Below, piece after piece: positions 1-14,378 of a DNA stretch of 64,000 nt (position 1 is its first letter; the number at the start of each line of letters is the position of its first letter). Position numbers and translations under genes: made by a program. Under the pieces are notes generated by a model. It saw only the letters and a list, made by a program, of their open reading frames with translations. It had not been told where the DNA came from and made no database searches. The DNA is taken from assembly GCA_964016885.1 (NCBI GenBank), contig OZ024745.1:108252001-108316000 (forward strand). The letters run 5' to 3'. The stretch is from Eledone cirrhosa. Taxonomy: Eukaryota.

Positions 1-435
1 TGGAAATGGAAGATGTGAATACATTTACAGTGTTTGTTTTGTTCTTGTTGCTGTTGTTTAGCTCAGCTCAAACTCAATCTGAGCAACCTATGATCAAAAG
101 TGTCAGAGACAATGTATCTTAATTTTCTTTTTTTTTCATTTTATAGGATGTTAGAGTGTGATTTGAGGGAAATTTAGGTATTAGTTCCAGCAGGTTGAGC
201 AACTATACAAAGGCTCTTATATGAAGATGATAAAAATAAATAACCAAATATTTAAAACAGTAACAACAAAAATAGTAAGGTTATAATTGATGTATGCCAC
301 ACAATGTTACATAATTAGAAGAAATATTTGACCAAAAAGTTAAATGTAAACAAAAAGAAATTTTAAACCAGGCATGGCCTCAGTCCAGTGGCTGAAACCA
401 TTAAAAGAATATGTGGTCAATATTTGAATATATAT

Positions 436-791
436 GGAGGCACATGGCTTAGTGGTTAGAGCATTGGCCTTGCAATCGAAAGGTTGTGAGTTCAATTCTC
501 AGACCGGGTGATGTGTTGTTTCCTTGAGCAAGACACTTTATTTCACATTGCTCCAATTTACTTAGCTGTAGAAATGAGTGGAATGATAGGGACCCCAGTC
601 CCTATCATTCCCCTGCAAAGTGGTCGTGGAGGTGCCACGGCAAAAGAGCACCCAGCACTCACTGTAAATGAGGTTGGTGTTAGGAAGGGCATCCAGCTGT
701 AGAAATCAAGCCAGAATCAGTTCCCGTCCCACCCTTGCAAGCAGGGGAAAAAGCGGACGTAAAATGAAATGATGATGATGATGATGATGAT
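436..791 (+). mobile_element. tRNA-derived SINE family A (CORE-like centre, RTE-like tail)
   Basis: A box tggcttagtgg, B box gagttcaattc, ccttgagcaagacactt, ggttggtgttaggaagggcatccagctgtagaaa, (ATG)n tail. Confidence 0.9.
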
Positions 792-2189
792 ATTGCAAAA
801 AGCACCCAACCCACACTGTAAATGTGGTTGGTGTTAGGAAGGGCATCCAGCCATAGAAAACCAGCCAGAAACAGTCCTATATGAGCGAGACACGGTCACC
901 CGACAAAACTTGCCTCTAAATGGGACAAACCCATCTAACCCATGCCAGCATGTAAGATAGACGTTAAACAATGATGATGATTGTATTGGTTTGGTATGGT
1001 CCTGATAGAGTCGTAGGGGCACCGTATTGACATACAGAGTTTCTTGGGCATTTTAAGCTTTTCATCCTTATGGGGTTAATAGAATAAAGTACCAGTAATG
1101 CACTGGGGTAAATTTAATCAACCTTTCCCTCCCGCCTTGTGCCTAAATCAGAAACCATTATGAATACCAACACTTACAAAAAATTATTTTGCTATCAGCC
1201 TGTGTGTGTGAACATATTTCTCTACATATCAGGTCAGTATCTGAATGTATTTTGCACTACTAACTATTATTAAAACAAGCAATACTTAAATGATAATGAG
1301 TTACTCAGTGCCTATCGATTTCATTTTATGTGTAACTGATTTTGATTTTAGATAATCCATAATTCTATTTTGTTTCCCCTCTCATTGATTTCATCTTTTG
1401 TACGACCTGTACTTCTGTGGCTTTTTTCTTTCTTTATTTTGCATAACTGATTTCATCTTTTGCATAACTTGTATATCACCCATCATCTTGCTAAAAGTAC
1501 GAACATTTTTTAAAATAAAACAAACAAGAAATTTGTTTGGTCTATAAAAATCTACTTCCTAACCACAGTAGTTTATAGGACACCAGAATGGGTACTTATA
1601 CAAATAAAACAAACAAAAATTAAAACAGTGGCATCTAATATTTTGATGTTTAGATATGTTTGATATAGAAATGGAAAGCGGGTGCTATACATAATATTAG
1701 AACCTTTAAAAGATTAATGACTGATGAAAAGTGGTCAAACGGTGACAATACAACAAAATTATATAGCCCTGACTTTAATAGGTGAGGTGGAGAAGGAATC
1801 ACGAGACCTGTAAAAATTAGCCGCTATTTAACCCATAGGGTTGAGTTGTTTTAAGACAAAAAATTGTTGTTGTTCACAACTGAACCCCACGTGTAGAGTA
1901 ACTGGCTATCCTTCCTCTAGCTACTAGCATCCACATAAACATTTACTAGATAGAATATTTTTCTTTTTCTTCTTTCCAGCCTTAAACAACTATTATAAAT
2001 TTGTATTTCCCTTGACCTTTTGTTTTGCTTGAAAATTAAGACACTTTTAAATCTCAACAGCCTTTAAATTGTGTGCCAATGTCATCTTCCTGCTTTAGCC
2101 TACATTTCAAGATATATAGGTAAGAATGCATCAGGGTTTAGTTTAATTTCTCAGTCCACATCTGTTCATTATAGTTTTCCAGGTCATAA

Positions 2190-2383
2190 CAGAGGAGTTC
2201 AAGATTGGCTGTGGATGGGACTTCTTTATGCGGATGAAGTGGTTCTAATAGCTGAATCTATAGAAGAACTAGAAAATAAGCTCCGACTATGGAAATAGAA
2301 TTTACAATCAAAATGGCTGAGAGTAAACTTAGAAAAAACTGAAGTATTAGTAAGCAGGAAAGAAGACATGATGATGATGATGA
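2190..2383 (+). mobile_element. RTE RT fragment
   Basis: LLYADEVVLIAESIEELE. Confidence 0.75.
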
Positions 2384-4696
2384 CTCACTAAGCATCATAT
2401 TAGTGTTGTTAGCAAAAGGTAACATTTGAATGAATAAACATCAATATTTTATTGTTATTTATGTTATTGCACTTGGTCAGATGAAAGTCAAAATCTAACA
2501 TCAGTTGCATTGGAACTCAGAGCCAGTTAGGTATCAAATCCTAGAAAGCCTAAAACGTCTACAACAGCATTCAACTGTCTGCACCATCTTCAAGAATAAT
2601 AAATCTTTCAACAAAAGCTTCAGTCACTCATTGACACATTCATTATAGTTCGTTTGGAAAAAGTTGGCAGAGGTTATGGCTGGAAAACATTAAAAATATT
2701 TCTCCAACTTTTGTGTTGTCTCTTCAAAAACTTATAACTATTTCTTCACACGGCCAATGGTGGTACAAAAGAAAGTTACATTTCTTAACAACTTCATACA
2801 ATCAAAAATGCACACACACATACACACATATTTATTTATTTATAGATCAAGAGACAAAGCATTTTAAAGAAAACTGAGATAAAAAAAAAAAAACAACAAC
2901 AAAGAAATTGGTTGCAATGTTGTCAGCTGTAGTAGAACACCTTAAAGAACTGTTCATGGCAATTCAAAAACAGTAACCCTGTCTTTGGCAGAAACACACT
3001 GAAAATGTTAGCCAGTTTTATATATGAGATGTTCATCTTGGCATAATGAAATCATATCAAATAGAATTGTCTACTGCAAAAATCTTTCTCAAGACGTGGA
3101 ATGAAAGCAGGGAAGAACAGCATTGAAATGTCATAGCTAGAACCATAGTCAGTCATAAGAGCTTAAAGTCATGTGTTTTGCATGTGTGTTTAGGGAGAGG
3201 GGTATATCTGCAAGTGTGTGTGTGTGTGTGTGTGTATGTTTGTGTGTGTAAGTATGTGTATTTGGGAAGATGCGCATGTGTGTGTATGTGTGTTTGGGAA
3301 GAAGGGTATATCTGTGTGTATGCGCTTGTTTGTGTGTTTAAAGAAAAGGAGTGTTGAGTTGTGAGGTCAATATTAAAGACAAGGTAGGTGAATAATGGTA
3401 AAAAATATGACACGAGAAATGAAAGGTTACTATTATTATGAGATCAAGCCATTGTTTAGAGATAGCTCTGTAAGCTGCACACTATGGACAGCATTGGTAA
3501 ATGAACATGCACATAGTATATGTATATATCAACCTCTGAAAGCACAACAAACCATTAAAAGGCCAGCATGGCTATGCCTGCCAGTGAAGAATTCTATTAT
3601 CAGCTCTAGTTGCTCTACAGCATTATCAACAATGTAAATAAAATTAAAAAAAATGAAATAGAAAAACAAAACAAAAAAAAAAGATATGAAAGAAAAATAT
3701 ACTAGAAAGTGAATGCAAAATGGTGGTGCAACTATGTAAAAAATAATAACAAAAATATTTCAAATAAATATCAATTTCCTGATAACTACCTGTAGATCTA
3801 TGTTGTTAACAGCTCAGATCTTAGCCCGATCTATCAAGTATTTTATACTTTAGATAACAAAGAACTAAGAGGACACTTAATATTAATTAGAAAAATATGC
3901 CTTTGTTTATTGCTTCCAAACAAACATCCTATTGATTTGTCTTGTTTTTTTTAGTTTTTCACAAAATGCATTTGAGTTTAAATTGTTAGTGATGGAAAGA
4001 CTGACAGATATTCCCCCTCCATACACACACATGCAACCATGTGTCTGTGTGTATATTATGACTCATACACTGTTCACTTTCCTGATATTTGTACATTATT
4101 CTATGTACTATACTATGCACCTTTGATGAGTTGTAGTGCACCTGAGCACTGTACATAATAATTTTCATTATTATTTTATTATCATAGATAGACAAACAGA
4201 AAAACAGATGGGCTGACAGGCGGATGGAGAGCTGAGCAGGCAGGTATACAGATGGACTGACAGACAGACAGACAAAAGGATGGACAGCTGAGCAGGCAGG
4301 TAGACAGATGGACTGACAGACAGACAGACAAAAGGATGAATAGATAGAAGAATAGATAGATGAATAGATAGAAGAATGCACAGGAAATATAAGGATGGAT
4401 ATATTATTTTGATAAATCAATATTATATTTATCTTCAATAAGTTTAACAAGTGTCTTCTACTTATGAATAAAATTTGGTAGACTGAAACTCTGCAGAAGC
4501 CTGTTGTGTGTGTATGCAGTGCAAAGACCAGGAAGACCACAAATCAGAGTAATACTTGGTACATGGTGAGATGCAGAGTGGGTATATTAATGAGGTAGAT
4601 TATCCCTGAAAAAGCTTGCTGGGGTTAAAGCTGAAACCGCCCGAGCTCGCTCTCAGATCTTTATTTAATTTATTAGATGCGAGTCTATATGTTAAC

Positions 4697-4788
4697 ACAT
4701 ATCTGAGGAGCTTGCGATTCCAGAGTCAGTTTCGATCATTAATCGATCGTTCCTCGAGCTGATCAACAGTGAAACATATGTAATATGT
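4697..4788 (+). ncRNA. Minimal type-I hammerhead ribozyme motif
   Basis: Stem I acatat/atatgt, core CTGAGGA (4703-4709), long stem II, GAAA (4771-4774), palindromic stem III catatg, GUA triplet. Confidence 0.72.
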
Positions 4789-4887
4789 AATCAAATATGT
4801 ATATGATGCAACACTCATTCTTTGTTCTCTTATATATTATTATTATTATATATATATGCAAATATGGATAGATTCAAACATACATAT

Positions 4888-5232
4888 ACATGGCTTAGTG
4901 GTTAGAGCATTGGTCTTGCAATCGAAAGGTTGTGAGTTCAATTCTCAGACCGAGTGATGTGTTGTGTCCTTGAGCAAGATACTTTATTTCACATTGCTCC
5001 AGTTTACTCAGCTGTAGAAATGAGATGATAGGGACTGGGGTCCCTATCATTCCACTGCAAAGTGGTCATGGAAGTGCCACAGCAAAAAAGCACCCAGCAC
5101 TCACTGTAAATGAGGTTGGTGTTAGGAAGGGCATCCAGCTGTAGAAATCAAGCCAGAATCAGTTCCCGTCCCACCCTTGCAAGCAGGGAAAAAGCGGACG
5201 TAAAATGAAATGATGTTGATGATGATGATGAT
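4888..5232 (+). mobile_element. SINE family A copy
   Basis: Highly similar to 436-791. Confidence 0.9.
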
Positions 5233-5656
5233 ATAACCATCTATATATCTATATATTTATATACACACTGTATATACTTATGAAAAAGTTAGACTGTTTA
5301 GATTTTTTTTAGGTTAATTTTATGAGTTTACTAAATGGATAAAGCGTTACCATGGAGAATGTTCAAGGACACCTACTGCAATAACCACCCCACCTCACGG
5401 GGCTCCCTCCTCAAGCGGGCCGCCATCTTTCTGGCTTTGCAGAGGAAATCAGCAGCATAGAGCCCAAAATATACCGTAAATACCCCTTAAGATATATAAT
5501 AATTATAGTAAATGTATACTAGTCTAACTTATCTAAAAAATAATGTTGTGATAAACTGATGAAATAATATGAACTCAGAATGCAAAGAGTCAGAACAAAT
5601 ACCACAAAGCACTTCTCTACTATAGAACAAATACCACTCTCTACTGTAGGAATGTG

Positions 5657-6507
5657 AAGGTTTCTCTCTAAAAATGAAAGGCAGACTGTATGATGCCTGC
5701 ATACGAACAGCAATGTTACATGGCAGTGAGACATGGGCATTGTGTGCAGAAGATCTGCGCAGACTGGAGAGGAACAAAGCTTGCATGCTCCGTTGGATGT
5801 GTAATAGTAATATACGCAAACGGCAAAGCAGAAATGAACTAAGTGAGAAATTAGGTATAAGAGGGATCAGATGCTGTTTACTCGAGAGAAGACTACGTTG
5901 GTATGGTCACGGGATGCGCATGAAAGACGACAGCTGTATAAAAAAGTGCAGGGCGATCAAAATTGATGGAAGTTACAGAGTAAGCAGACCCAGAAAAACC
6001 TGGGATGATTTGATAAATTCCGACCTTACACACACCTCTCTAAGACAATGTCACTGGACCGAGATCTTTGGCGCTACACAGTAATACAGAAGACCCGCCT
6101 TGCCTAAGTACAAAGTTAAACCTACAGTCAGTAGGCACCTCTTAACCAAATATGAACCCCCATCCCACTACTCCAACTCCCCCAACCACCAACACCACCC
6201 CTTTCTCTGTAAAGTTATGTTGGCACCACAACATCCAGTCCTAAATAAATGAGGTCGTGTAGGTGTCACGACAAAAACACAGTCCACGCTGTAATGTGGC
6301 CGTGTAGGTAACGCGGTAAAAACCTCCCAGTCCACACTGTAAATGTGGTTGATGTTAGGAAGGGCATCCAGCTGTAGAAAACCTGCCAGACAGTCCTGTA
6401 CGAGCGAGACATGGTCACCTGACCAATCTTACGTCAAGTGAGACAATTCCCGTCTAAACCCATGCTAGCGTGGAAGATAAATGTTAAACGATAATGATGA
6501 TGATGAT
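5657..6507 (+). mobile_element. RTE LINE 3' fragment with 3'UTR and (ATG)n tail
   Basis: ORF 5674..6084 closely similar to the C-terminus of the 54.5-kb RTE ORF (MKGRLYDAC..AMLHGSETW). Confidence 0.92.
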
Positions 6508-6509
6508 AC

Positions 6510-9500
6510 TAACACTGAGAACTGTAACTCTCTACTGTAGAAATGTAATTACTATAACACTCAGAACTGTAACTCTCTACTGTAGAAATGTAATTACTAT
6601 AACACTCAGAACTGTAACTCTCTACTGTAGAAATGTAATTACTATAACACTGAGAACTGTAACTCTCTACTGTAGAAATGTAATTACTATAACACTCAGA
6701 ACTGTAACTCTCTACTGTAGAAATGTAATTACTATAACACTGAGAACTGTAACTCTCTACTGTAGAAATGTAATTACTATAACACTCAGAACTGTAACTC
6801 TCTACTGTAGAAATGTGATTACTATAACACTCAGAACTGTAACTCTCTACTGTAGAAATGTAATTACTATAACACTCAGAACTGTAACTCTCTACTGTAG
6901 AAATGTAATTACTATAACACTGAGAACTGTAACTCTCTACTGTAGAAATGTAATTACTATAACACTGAGAACTGTAACTCTCTACTGTAGAAATGTAATT
7001 ACTATAACACTGAGAACTGTAACTCTCTACTGTAGAAATGTAATTACTATAACACTGAGAACTGTAACTCTCTACTGTAGAAATGTAATTACTATAACAC
7101 TGAGAACTGTAACTCTCTACTGTAGAAATGTAATTACTATAACACTGAGAACTGTAACTCTCTAATGTAGAAATGTAATTACTATAACACTGAGAACTGT
7201 AACTCTCTACTGTAGAAATGTAATTACTATAACACTGAGAACTGTAACTCTCTACTGTAGAAATGTAATTACTATAACACTCAGAACTGTAACTCTCTAC
7301 TGTAGAAATATAATTACTATAACACTCAGAACTGTAACTCTCTACTGTAGAAATGTAATTACTATAACACTCAGAACAGTAACTCTCTACTGTAGAAATG
7401 TAATTACTATAACACTCGGAGCTGTAACTCTCTACTGTAGAAATGTAATTACTATAACACTGAGAACTGTAACTCTCTACTGTAGAAATGTGATTACTAT
7501 AACACTCAGAACTGTAACTCTCTACTGTAGAAATGTAATTACTATAACACTCAGAACTGTAACTATCTACTGTAGAAATGTAATTACTATAACACTGAGA
7601 ACTGTAACTCTCTACTGTAGAAATGTAATTACTATAACACTGAGAACTGTAACTCTCTACTGTAGAAATGTGATTACTATAACACTCAGAACTGTAACTC
7701 TCTACTGTAGAAATGTAATTACTATAACACTGAGAACTGTAACTCTCTACTGTAGAAATGTAATTGCTATAACACTGAGAACTGTAACTCTCTACTGTAG
7801 AAATGTAATTGCTATAACACTGAGAACTGTAACTCTCTACTGTAGAAATGTAATTACTATAACACTCAGAACTGTAACTCTCTACTGTAGAAATATGATT
7901 ACTATAACACTCGGAACTGTAACTCTCTACTGTAGAAATGTGATTACTATAACACTGAGAACTGTAACTCTCTACTGTAGAAATGTAATTACTATAACAC
8001 TCAGAACTGTAACTCTCTACTGTAGAAATATGATTACTATAACACTCAGAACTGTAACTCTCTACTGTAGAAATATGATTACTATAACACTCGGAACTGT
8101 AACTCTCTACTGTAGAAATATGATTACTATAACACTGAGAACTGTAACTCTCTACTGTAGAAATGTAATTACTATAACACTCAGAACTGTAACTCTCTAC
8201 TGTAGAAATGTAATTACTATAACACTGAGAACTGTAACTCTCTACTGTAGAAATGTAATTGCTATAACACTGAGAACTGTAACTCTCTACTGTAGAAATG
8301 TAATTGCTATAACACTGAGAACTGTAACTCTCTACTGTAGAAATGTAATTACTATAACACTCAGAACTGTAACTCTCTACTGTAGAAATATGATTACTAT
8401 AACACTCGGAACTGTAACTCTCTACTGTAGAAATGTGATTACTATAACACTCAGAACTGTAACTCTCTACTGTAGAAATGTAATTACTATAACACTCAGA
8501 ACTGTAACTCTCTACTGTAGAAATATGATTACTATAACACTCAGAACTGTAACTCTCTACTGTAGAAATGTAATTACTATAACACTCAGAACTGTAACTC
8601 TCTACTGTAGAAATGTAATTACTATAACACTGAGAACTGTAACTCTCTACTGTAGAAATGTAATTACTATAACACTGAGAACTGTAACTCTCTACTGTAG
8701 AAATGTGATTACTATAACACTGAGAACTGTAACTCTCTACTGTAGAAATGTAATTACTATAACACTGAGAACTGTAACTCTCTACTGTAGAAATGTAATT
8801 ACTATAACACTGAGAACTGTAACTCTCTACTATAGAAATGTAATTACTATAACATTCAGAACTGTAACTCTCTACTGTAGAAATGTAATTACTATAACAC
8901 TGAGAACTGTAACTCTCTACTATAGAAATGTAATTACTATAACATTCAGAACTGTAACTCTCTACTGTAGAAATGTAATTACTATAACACTGAGAACTGT
9001 AACTCTCTACTGTAGAAATGTAATTACTATAACACTCAGAACTGTAACTCTCTACTGTAGAAATGTAATTACTATAACACTGAGAACTGTAACTCTCTAC
9101 TGTAGAAATGTAATTACTATAACACTCAGAACTGTAACTCTCTACTGTAGAAATGTAATTACTATAACATTCAGAACTGTAACTCTCTACTGTAGAAATG
9201 TGATTACTATAACACTGAGAACTGTAACTCTCTACTGTAGAAATGTGATTACTATAACACTCAGAACTGTAACTCTCTACTGTAGAAATGTGATTACTAT
9301 AACACTCAGAACTGTAACTCTCTACTGTAGAAATGTAATTACTATAACACTCAGAACAGTAACTCTCTACTGTAGAAATGTAATTACTATAACACTCAGA
9401 ACTGTAACTCTCTACTGTAGAAATGTGATTACTATAACACTGAGAACTGTAACTCTCTACTGTAGAAATGTAATTACTATAACACTGAGAACTGTAACTC

Positions 9501-10446
9501 TCTACTGTAGAAATGTAATTACTATAACACTCAGAACTGTAACTCTCTACTGTAGAAATGTAATTACTATAACACTGAGAACTGTAACTCTCTACTGTAG
9601 AAATGTAATTACTATAACACTCAGAACTGTAACTCTCTACTGTAGAAATGTAATTGCTATAACACTGAGAACTGTAACTCTCTACTGTAGAAATGTGATT
9701 ACTATAACACTGAGAACTGTAACTCTCTACTGCTGTAGAAATGTAATTACTATAACACTGAGAACTGTAACTCTCTACTGTAGAAATGTAATTACTATAA
9801 CACTCAGAACTGTAACTCTCTACTGTAGAAATGTAATTACTATAACACTCGGAGCTGTAATTCTCTACTGTAGAAATGTGATTACTATAACACTGAGAAC
9901 TGTAACTCTCTACTGCTGTAGAAATGTAATTACTATAACACTCAGAACTGTAACTCTCTACTGTAGAAATGTAATTACTATAACACTCAGAACTGTAACT
10001 CTCTACTGTAGAAATGTAATTACTATAACACTCGGAGCTGTAACTCTCTACTGTAGAAATGTGATTACTATAACACTGAGAACTGTAACTCTCTACTGCT
10101 GTAGAAATGTAATTACTATAACACTGAGAACTGTAACTCTCTACTGTAGAAATGTAATTACTATAACACTCAGAACTGTAACTCTCTACTGTAGAAATGT
10201 AATTGCTATAACACTGAGAACTGTAACTCTCTACTGTAGAAATGTAATTACTATAACACTAAGAACTGTAACTCTCTACTGTAGAAATGTAATTACTATA
10301 ACACTGAGAACTGTAACTCTCTACTGTAGAAATATGATTACTATAACACTCAGAACTGTAACTCTCTACTGTAGAAATGTAATTACTATAACACTCAGAA
10401 CTGTAACTCTCTATTGTAGAAATGTAATTATGATACTAACACTCAA
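6510..10446 (+). repeat. 45-bp tandem satellite, ~87 copies
   Basis: Unit aacact(g/c)agaactgtaactctctactgtagaaatgtaattactat; explains ORFs 6494..7165 and 7490..10549. Confidence 0.98.
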
Positions 10447-11999
10447 AGTGTTAGCCTCACAATGTCTGGTGATCTTTTATGGAAACCCCCAGATATATAA
10501 CATAGCCAAATCTATACATCACACAGAAGAAAATCCCATTCCTCTTTAGGCCCCAAAATATTTCAATTTTGATCAGTTGCTGACTTTATGCAAATCTCAA
10601 GTAGAACCTAGATTAAAATACTGCTCATATGGGGGGGGGGGGGGGGGGGACATTGCTGTTGTCGTATATATGCATATTCGAGTTCACATCCCAAAGAAGG
10701 CTTTTCAACTGATTTGTGCATCAACACACTTCCTCCCTTCTCTGCCTCTTTTATCACTACTACAACAGCTTTTGCTTTTCTCAACTAGCTAGCTGAATAC
10801 CTTTTTGACTAAGTCCATTACTACCCAGCCCTCCACAACTCCTAAAAGAAAAACTCACTCAACACTTTGTTCAGATCTTTCCAGAAATGTAACCCTCAGG
10901 ATCTCTCTCTCTCTCATCACATTTTCCCCTAAATATACCAACCTACTAAGATTTGAACTGAACTTCAACCATATCAATTTCGAAAGACCTGCAAATATTA
11001 TAGAACTTCTACAATTCTTATTATCTTATTAAAAAAAAATATTAAGTGTTTCATTAGCTTTCTATGTTGATTCCACAACCTCCTTTGAGAGTTTAGTCAG
11101 AGTAATAAATAATATGAGTAGCTTAACTGTTAATTCTATGAAACTAAGATATGCTCATCACATCTTCACATCAGAATAATTATAGTAATGAATATAAAAA
11201 AATATGAAATAAAGATAAAAACAGATATATGAATGCAGTGTTTATATGTTTCATTTTATTACTAATTAAGGGTAGAATTTTCTTGAATCTTCATGGATAA
11301 TAAGTAGTAAATAAGTAATAAGTCAGCTCATCCACTTGACATAGAGATTTTCTGTTTTTTTTTGTTGATTTTTTTTTTCTATTTTGATTATTTGAAACTA
11401 ATTATCTATTAAATGCTGAATTACACATTTAAATATCAGTAACAAAATTAGAAACAAAAAAAATGAGTTAATATAACATATTTACTAATTGCGAAAAATG
11501 TGTAAAATTGCATTTAAATCTGAGTGTTCGAGTTTTCAAAACAAAATATTTCTAGTGGAATTTGAATAACTAATTTTACTACTTTTTAATTTCTTATTTA
11601 TTTAGTTTTTGTTTTTGTTTTTCTAAAAGCAAGTAAAAAAACTAGCAAATGATACTTAGATAAATAGATAGTTAATGAGAGTGTGGTGAGGAAAATGAGA
11701 GTTTAGTATTTCCTTTTTATTAACAAATATTTAGGGTAAGCTATTAGACTTAATAATCTATTTAGAAAATAATGTACAATATTATCAAGAAGTTACAAAT
11801 TAGAACTATTTTCAAATGTTTAGAGTTTAAAAATAAATTGATGTTATTAATTTTAGCACACAAAAACATACCCATAAAGTGCTGGTAGAGCTGCTGTGTG
11901 GTTAAGATGTTTGCTTTGGAACCATGTAAGTCTTAGGTTGAATCCCACTGCATGGCACTAGGAGCAAACCTTTTCATCTACACTATTGGACTAACCAAC

Positions 12000-12331
12000 T
12001 TTTTTATGGCCTAGGGCCCACATTAGGTGAAAAATTTCTTTTTTTCAGCTTTTTAGGGCTTTTTTGAGGCGTTACGTCTAGCCGATTTTCCCGAAATTTC
12101 AAGGCATATTATGCACATAAAAAAAATTCATTTTCTTGATCCCCTAGGGCCCGCATTAGGTGAAAACCTGCATTTTTCCTGCTTCATCGAGGAAAATCTT
12201 ATCCAGCATCAGATTATTCAGTTTATTTTCTTTACATATTGTCCACGCATGCAGTCTTTCCACGATTAGGTCTGTTGGGGGCCCGCGTTCCAAAATACCT
12301 TATCGCGTGCAACGCCTGGTACCACTACTAG
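12000..12331 (+). mobile_element. Helitron-like 3' end
   Basis: GC hairpin gcgt-gca-acgc ~12 nt before terminal CTAG (12328-12331) followed by T; internal direct repeat cctagggccc(a/g)cattaggtgaaaa; 5' end uncertain. Confidence 0.6.
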
Positions 12332-12715
12332 TATATATATAAAGAGATAGAGAGATAGAGATCAGGATTATACTAGTTTTAAACTAGTAAGACCATTATT
12401 CAGTAGAGTACTCAACACGTAGGAAGTTGTATGTGCGTGCGTGCGCTGAAATTAACAACAACATTTTATATATATATAATTGTGTGTGTATATACTAGTT
12501 GCTGAGAACATCATATTGATATTGTTTATAACAAGTGAACAGGAACAATACATTTTGCAATATATAAGTTTAACAGATGTTTAGTGGTATATATTATACT
12601 TTAAAAAAAATAAGGTACAGGTTGACATTAGGAAGCGCATCTGGCAGTAGAAAACCTGCTATAAATGTCTAATATTGAAATGATGATGATGATTATATAT
12701 ATATATTCCTCATTA

Positions 12716-14099
12716 CACTGCATGACACTAATTTTTTACTGCAAACACTACTTTAGGTGATGTTAGTTATTTTTAGGATGCTCTGTATGAATATGAAATT
12801 TGTTTTTCTCCATCACGTCTATATTTTGATCTACAAGATATCCCACATATAAACTACATTTATAGAAAAAGTGTCTAATCTTGTGAACATTTCATGGAAT
12901 TTATTAATGTACTAAACTACAATTAATCACTGTTAAAATAACAATATACATTTACAAAAAAACTACCACAAAAAGGTTACAGCATTGATTTCACTGTCAT
13001 GATCAGTAGCATGGAATTTAAGAAGAGTGAAGCCATCATGTGGGATTCGGCTAACCCATGGTACCTTGTTTCAACAGTAGTGAGCGCTTGATGAAATCTT
13101 TCACCATGCTCATAACTAGTCTGGCCCATGTCCAAAGGAAAGAAATCCAAGTGACTCTTTAAAACGTGAAATTTCAAGGACATTTTGACACATTGTGCAT
13201 TAAATCTAAATGATCCAGTTGTTCTTGGCATAGTTTAGGGCTTGAATGATGAGTTTCAAAATCTTTTTCATCCATTTAGTCTTCACATCATTTTGTCATT
13301 GAAATCATCATCAACTGATTCACTCAATGGTTGCTTGGTACAGGAGGAATTTCATCTTCCTATGGCTGTGGTCTTATAGCAGATGGCAAATTAGGATACT
13401 TCGTATACTTTGCAGTTTTATATTGAACCCCTCAACATTAATAATGCAAAAGTAGCAATCAGTAGAATAGTTGCTTTGTTCTTGCCATGCCATTGGAGTG
13501 GAAAATGGCATTTGCCTCAGCTTGCTGCTGGACCACAAGGGAAAAATGTATTTATCTTGGTCTCCAAGTTTCATTTTGAAGTAATGTTTGTATGAGTGTT
13601 GTGATGTTTCTCCTACAGTCCTTAAATGTATAATCCCCATAGATGTAGCAAAAGTGATATGGGTCATTGCAACAAACACAAGTCATGCAAATTGAAGCAA
13701 ATTGAAGTGAAGAATAAAAAACAGCAACCCACAGTGGACAGAGCAATTACCAATTTGATACAAGTCACAATAACATCCGAAACATGCATTTAAATCAAAG
13801 TGTTCTAAAAACAGACATGACCTAATATGTGTTATATCTACATTTACAGCTCTCTTATTAAAAAGTTGTTACATTAAAAGAACAATCAGACATTCTTATA
13901 AGACAAATAGGAACACTTGACCACCCACTGCATGCTACATTACATTTCTGTAAATTTAGTATGTAGAGGGTTTCTTGTAGATCAAAATCTAGATGTGATT
14001 TGGCAAAACTGACTTCATATTCAGAAAAAGCTCCCTAAAATTTGCTAAAAATGATCCTAATTATCTTCTGCTAAACTTTTTTCATTTTGTCATACAGTG
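12716..14099 (-). mobile_element. Degenerate DNA transposon, Chapaev3 (CMC)-like
   Basis: Termini cactgcatgaca...tgtcatacagtg, flanks tta/ata; fragments FCYIYG, LGDQDK, PMAWQEQ..DCYFC, SHLDFFP..SYEHGERFHQ. Family name from recall. Confidence 0.75.
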
Positions 14100-14378
14100 A
14101 TATTGGAGTTATATTATATTTTCATGGTAAAAGCTTTATCTCACATAATTATCTTACATAATATGGAATCTACGGAATTTTGATGATGTTATTTATTTTG
14201 AGAACAATACCTGAACGTCAATAAGTGTGGCCGGTTGCAGCTAGTTTGAAGAGAAAGAGGCAAGAGAATTCTGGCCGGATATGGCCAGTTTAAATACTAA
14301 AGAGTTAATAATGAATTATGATTAAAAGCCCTTCTTAACAGTACATATTAAAACACATTAAATTAAAACAATTCTTAC

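Noticed and set aside
436-510. tRNA gene
   Set aside because: A/B boxes are the head of a multi-copy SINE.
1405-1490. Possible next centlein exon (- strand)
   Set aside because: Acceptor-like site but weak donor, internal repeats and no recognisable centlein similarity.
7490-10549. 1019-aa ORF as a protein gene or CRISPR array
   Set aside because: Pure 45-bp tandem repeat without unique spacers; a unit with a stop at 7163-7165; intronic and antisense to centlein.
10631-10649. G19 tract as a functional G-quadruplex
   Set aside because: Homopolymer in a decayed LINE-like fragment; no supporting context.
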